Assembly (NCBI GenBank): GCA_964016885.1
Contig: OZ024740.1
Span: 372,248,001-372,312,000 of the forward strand
Source of the DNA: Eledone cirrhosa
Taxonomy: Eukaryota
Length of the DNA: 64,000 bases
Direction of reading: 5' to 3'
The notes beneath the pieces were generated by a model. That model was not told where the DNA came from. It ran no database searches and was given only the letters and a program-made list of their open reading frames with translations. The number at the start of each line of letters is the position of its first letter. Positions within the stretch are counted from its first letter, which is position 1. Below are positions 59,611 to 64,000 of this stretch, piece by piece. A program made the translations under genes and the position numbers.

Positions 59611-59895
59611 ACCCACTCTACTACCCTAAGTATTATTACCCTGAGGTTAGTATAGTGGGAAATAGGAAAAGAGTCAGGACCATGACGGTTGAGCTTCGGC
59701 CGTTTCGACAGCTAGATCCGAACTTATATTGTAAACCCTCTCACTGAATCATCGACAGAGAACTGCCGACACTGTTTACTATTTCATAGGATTACGATTA
59801 ATTTGGTTCAGTAGCCGAATGGAAAATTTAGAAACATAAACCTACCTAGTTCGTAGCTCAGCCGGAGCTCAGCCGTCGGGGTGCTGACTCTTTTT

Positions 59896-60006
<111 letters not shown>

Positions 60007-60048
60007 ATGAAACATAAGTCAATTGCATGAACTCATAATCCTTTATTT

Positions 60049-60104
60049 ACTGCTATATATATTTCGACGATAGCCATTGAATGGCTATGACCTCATCAGG
60101 CAGT
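60049..60104 (-). ncRNA. Type I hammerhead motif (copy of 39423-39478) at the end of a PLE fragment (~60001-60500)
   Basis: Minus strand: actgc CTGATGA ggtcatagccattcaatggctatcgtc GAAA tatata TA gcagt. Confidence 0.8.
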
Positions 60105-60884
60105 TAGTCAGTTCTTAGCTATGCCAGCTCTGTGTGTATAGTGTTGATGGTATCAGAGCCTTGGGACATATGAGCTTGTTAGGAATACTTTGATGTTGTT
60201 AGCAGGAATGGTCTTGATTCTCATTGGTCAGTTTGTAGATGGTAGTAGGTTGGTATTTGATCTCAAAGAGGCAGGTGGTTCTGTGAGGTTCAAACCGCCA
60301 GGCAAGATGATAATAGTTCAACATGACTGATTTTCACAAAAGGCATTCTTGGTCAGATATATTTTCAAATAAGGATAATAGTATGAAATAGATACTACAG
60401 GTCATTCTTAAATTGAGGAATTTATGTGGAGTGGTGCTACTGAAAATTATGGTTGGAGTAGAAAGTTTACAAATGTAGGTTGGCTTGCACTACACTCACA
60501 CCCATCCCACAGACACACACACACATCCACACATACAAAAAGTGGGGTGGTAATACTTAATATAATGGTTAGAGTCCAAACCTTAGATAGTTTAGAAAAT
60601 TTAGAAATAAAAGGTTTATGCTGGTTCACTTGTACATACACTCACAACTACCCCCTCAAACACTCACACATCTACACACACAAATCCATACAGGTGTGTA
60701 TATATATATATATATATATACATGCATGCATGTACGCACAAGTATACACATATATATATATATATATAAAATATATATATATACACAAAACATACATATA
60801 TATAAAATATATACATACAAAAATATAAAAAATATATATATACATAGAATACACACACACACACAAAATATATACGCACGTAAA

Positions 60885-60936
<52 letters not shown>

Positions 60937-61242
60937 CACACACACATACACACATATATATATAAAATATATACATACAGATTTCACACATATATGAAAT
61001 ACGCATACATACACATATAAAATACACATATATATACACATGATACATATAAAAATATATATATAAAATCAGGTTCAATAAAACATTGTTTTGATGACTC
61101 CTAACCAGTAGAGGAACCGGTGGACCATCCACCATAGGGACCGCAAACCATGGGTGGTTGTTGTTGTCCATTGGTCATTGGTACGGGGTGTAGGGGACCT
61201 ACCGGGGGGGGGGGGGGTCTTGTGGGAGGCCGTAACCGGGGT

Positions 61243-61420
61243 TTATCCATATAGCTTGAGGAATGTTCCCGTCCTTAGGTGTCTGCAGGCACCGAATAAG
61301 TCGGCCCTTCTGTTTAATAGCTTGGTTCCGCTATGAAGAATCTCGAGTGTCTCACTAAGACAGAGGTTGCAAATACCAGACCCGCCTCCGTCTGGGGGAA
61401 CCTTTCTAACCACGCCACAT
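61243..61420 (-). mobile_element. C-terminal fragment of a Hydra-type PLE endonuclease
   Basis: [32 protein letters not shown] is homologous to CNLCLNEK...NRRSDLFSICLH in ORF 52019-53497. Confidence 0.72.
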
Positions 61421-61425
61421 ATCAT

Positions 61426-62021
<596 letters not shown>

Positions 62022-62979
62022 TATATGATATATAAGGAGATCAAACCTGTGAATAACTATGAAAATATCTATGAAGAAGGTAGAGAGGTACATCAAGCAC
62101 TTTCCATTGACAATGATATACTATTAGTTCATTAATCTATCATACAGTGTATACTTTTTTTGCCCTCTTACCATTGCCAACCAAGTATATGTTCACTCAA
62201 AACATAAAAAAATACCTTAAGCACTGCTATCATTGCAGAGCTGGCCACCCACAGGAGTGATACCAAGGAGTTGGAATGACTGTTTTAACGCGTCTCCTTC
62301 GCTATCCTATTTTTTTTACAATGCATAAGGCGAATGTTTACAAAGATGTTGCTTTGTTAATTTATTGATCATTCCCAATCATATTATTCTTTCAATGTGA
62401 GTCATTCTTTTCACCCTATTTTAATGATTTAGTATGGGTGGGTGAAAGATGTTGTTCTCATGTTTTTCACATGCCTCAGTGACTGGTAAGACTGACAGCG
62501 AAAATTCTTCATCTAAAGTCACAAGGATACATTAGTGAGAAAACAATTGCAGAGAGCTCTAGAGGTTCGAGACTAAGAAGAGTAAGAGTGTGAGAATGAG
62601 AGAGGGAATTAGGGAAAGTGATATATATATATATATAAAAATTAATAAAAACAATGAATAAAAACAAAGAAACAGTTCCTTATATTAAAAAAATTCATCA
62701 TTTTACGATCGTTTCTAGGATATATATGTGTGTGTTGGTATGTATATTATATAGATCTATGTAAACATTTTACAAACTAACAGAGGGAATATACATATAC
62801 CTACACATATATATGCTGTCTTCAGAAATTATCTTGACTCTGTTTTCCTGTGATTTTCATCGAAAAAAATGTTGAATACATCTTCTCTTTTCATGATATT
62901 TGGATTACATATAGTTCTCATACGGATTGGACACTACCGTATATTTTGGTAGATTTATCTACATATATATATATATATA

Positions 62980-63600
<621 letters not shown>

Positions 63601-63790
63601 TATATACTTACATACTTATATATATATGTATATATAACTTTTGCATATATATATATATATATATATGCAAAAGTTATATTTAATTTGCAACAGCTTAAAA
63701 GTTTTATAACTGATATAAAGCACTCAACAATGTACTGGAGTAAATATTCAATATATTAATAAATGGAAACTATATATATAAAACCATAAT

Positions 63791-64000
63791 TATTTTATTA
63801 TATATATTTCAAGGGCAACCAAGGCAAATTTTGGTGCGCTTTCATCAGATAAAATATAAAATTTGTTTTATAAATGTTGACATACCCGCGGAGAACCTTC
63901 AACAGTCAAGGTTGTTTTTCCGCGGATATGTCAACATTTAAAAAATAAATTTTGTATTTTATCTGATGAAAGCGCACCAAAACTTGCCTTGGTTGCCCTT
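63791..64000. ncRNA. Inverted pair of hammerhead-bearing PLE ends: 63791-63856 (minus, complete) and 63955-64000 (plus, cut by the window edge)
   Basis: Minus strand: tattttat CTGATGA aagcgcaccaaaatttgccttggttgccctt GAAA tatata TA ataaaata. The plus-strand mirror starts atCTGATGAaagcgcacc. Fold-back centre ~63905. Confidence 0.78.

Overview
AT-rich, microsatellite-dense eukaryotic genomic DNA. The (TA)n load, tRNA-derived SINEs and TE families resemble a coleoid cephalopod such as Octopus (inference). The only host gene I can support is the 3' end of a minus-strand Cys-loop ligand-gated ion channel (nicotinic acetylcholine receptor-like subunit): an M3 exon at 28475-28665 and a terminal M4 exon at 11158-11487, joined in phase across a ~17 kb intron. 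I found no M1/M2 exon in the remaining ~35 kb. The rest is mostly decayed TEs: two R4/Dong-like RLE LINEs, a Tx1-like LINE, a CR1-group fragment, RTE pieces, SINEs, two non-autonomous Helitrons, and many Penelope-like elements (PLEs; Neptune-type and Hydra-type). The most striking unannotated layer is RNA structure. About a dozen type I hammerhead ribozyme motifs, plus degenerate copies, sit in PLE terminal repeats on both strands. They include canonical CUGAUGA/CUGACGA cores, a compensatory U3-A8 core and CCGAAGA (U4C) cores. These PLE ends repeatedly form head-to-head inverted pairs next to (TA)n tracts, from 3.3 kb down to a 44-bp perfect palindrome. Most ORFs in the supplied track are microsatellite artefacts. 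All coordinates were read by eye, and TE boundaries are approximate.
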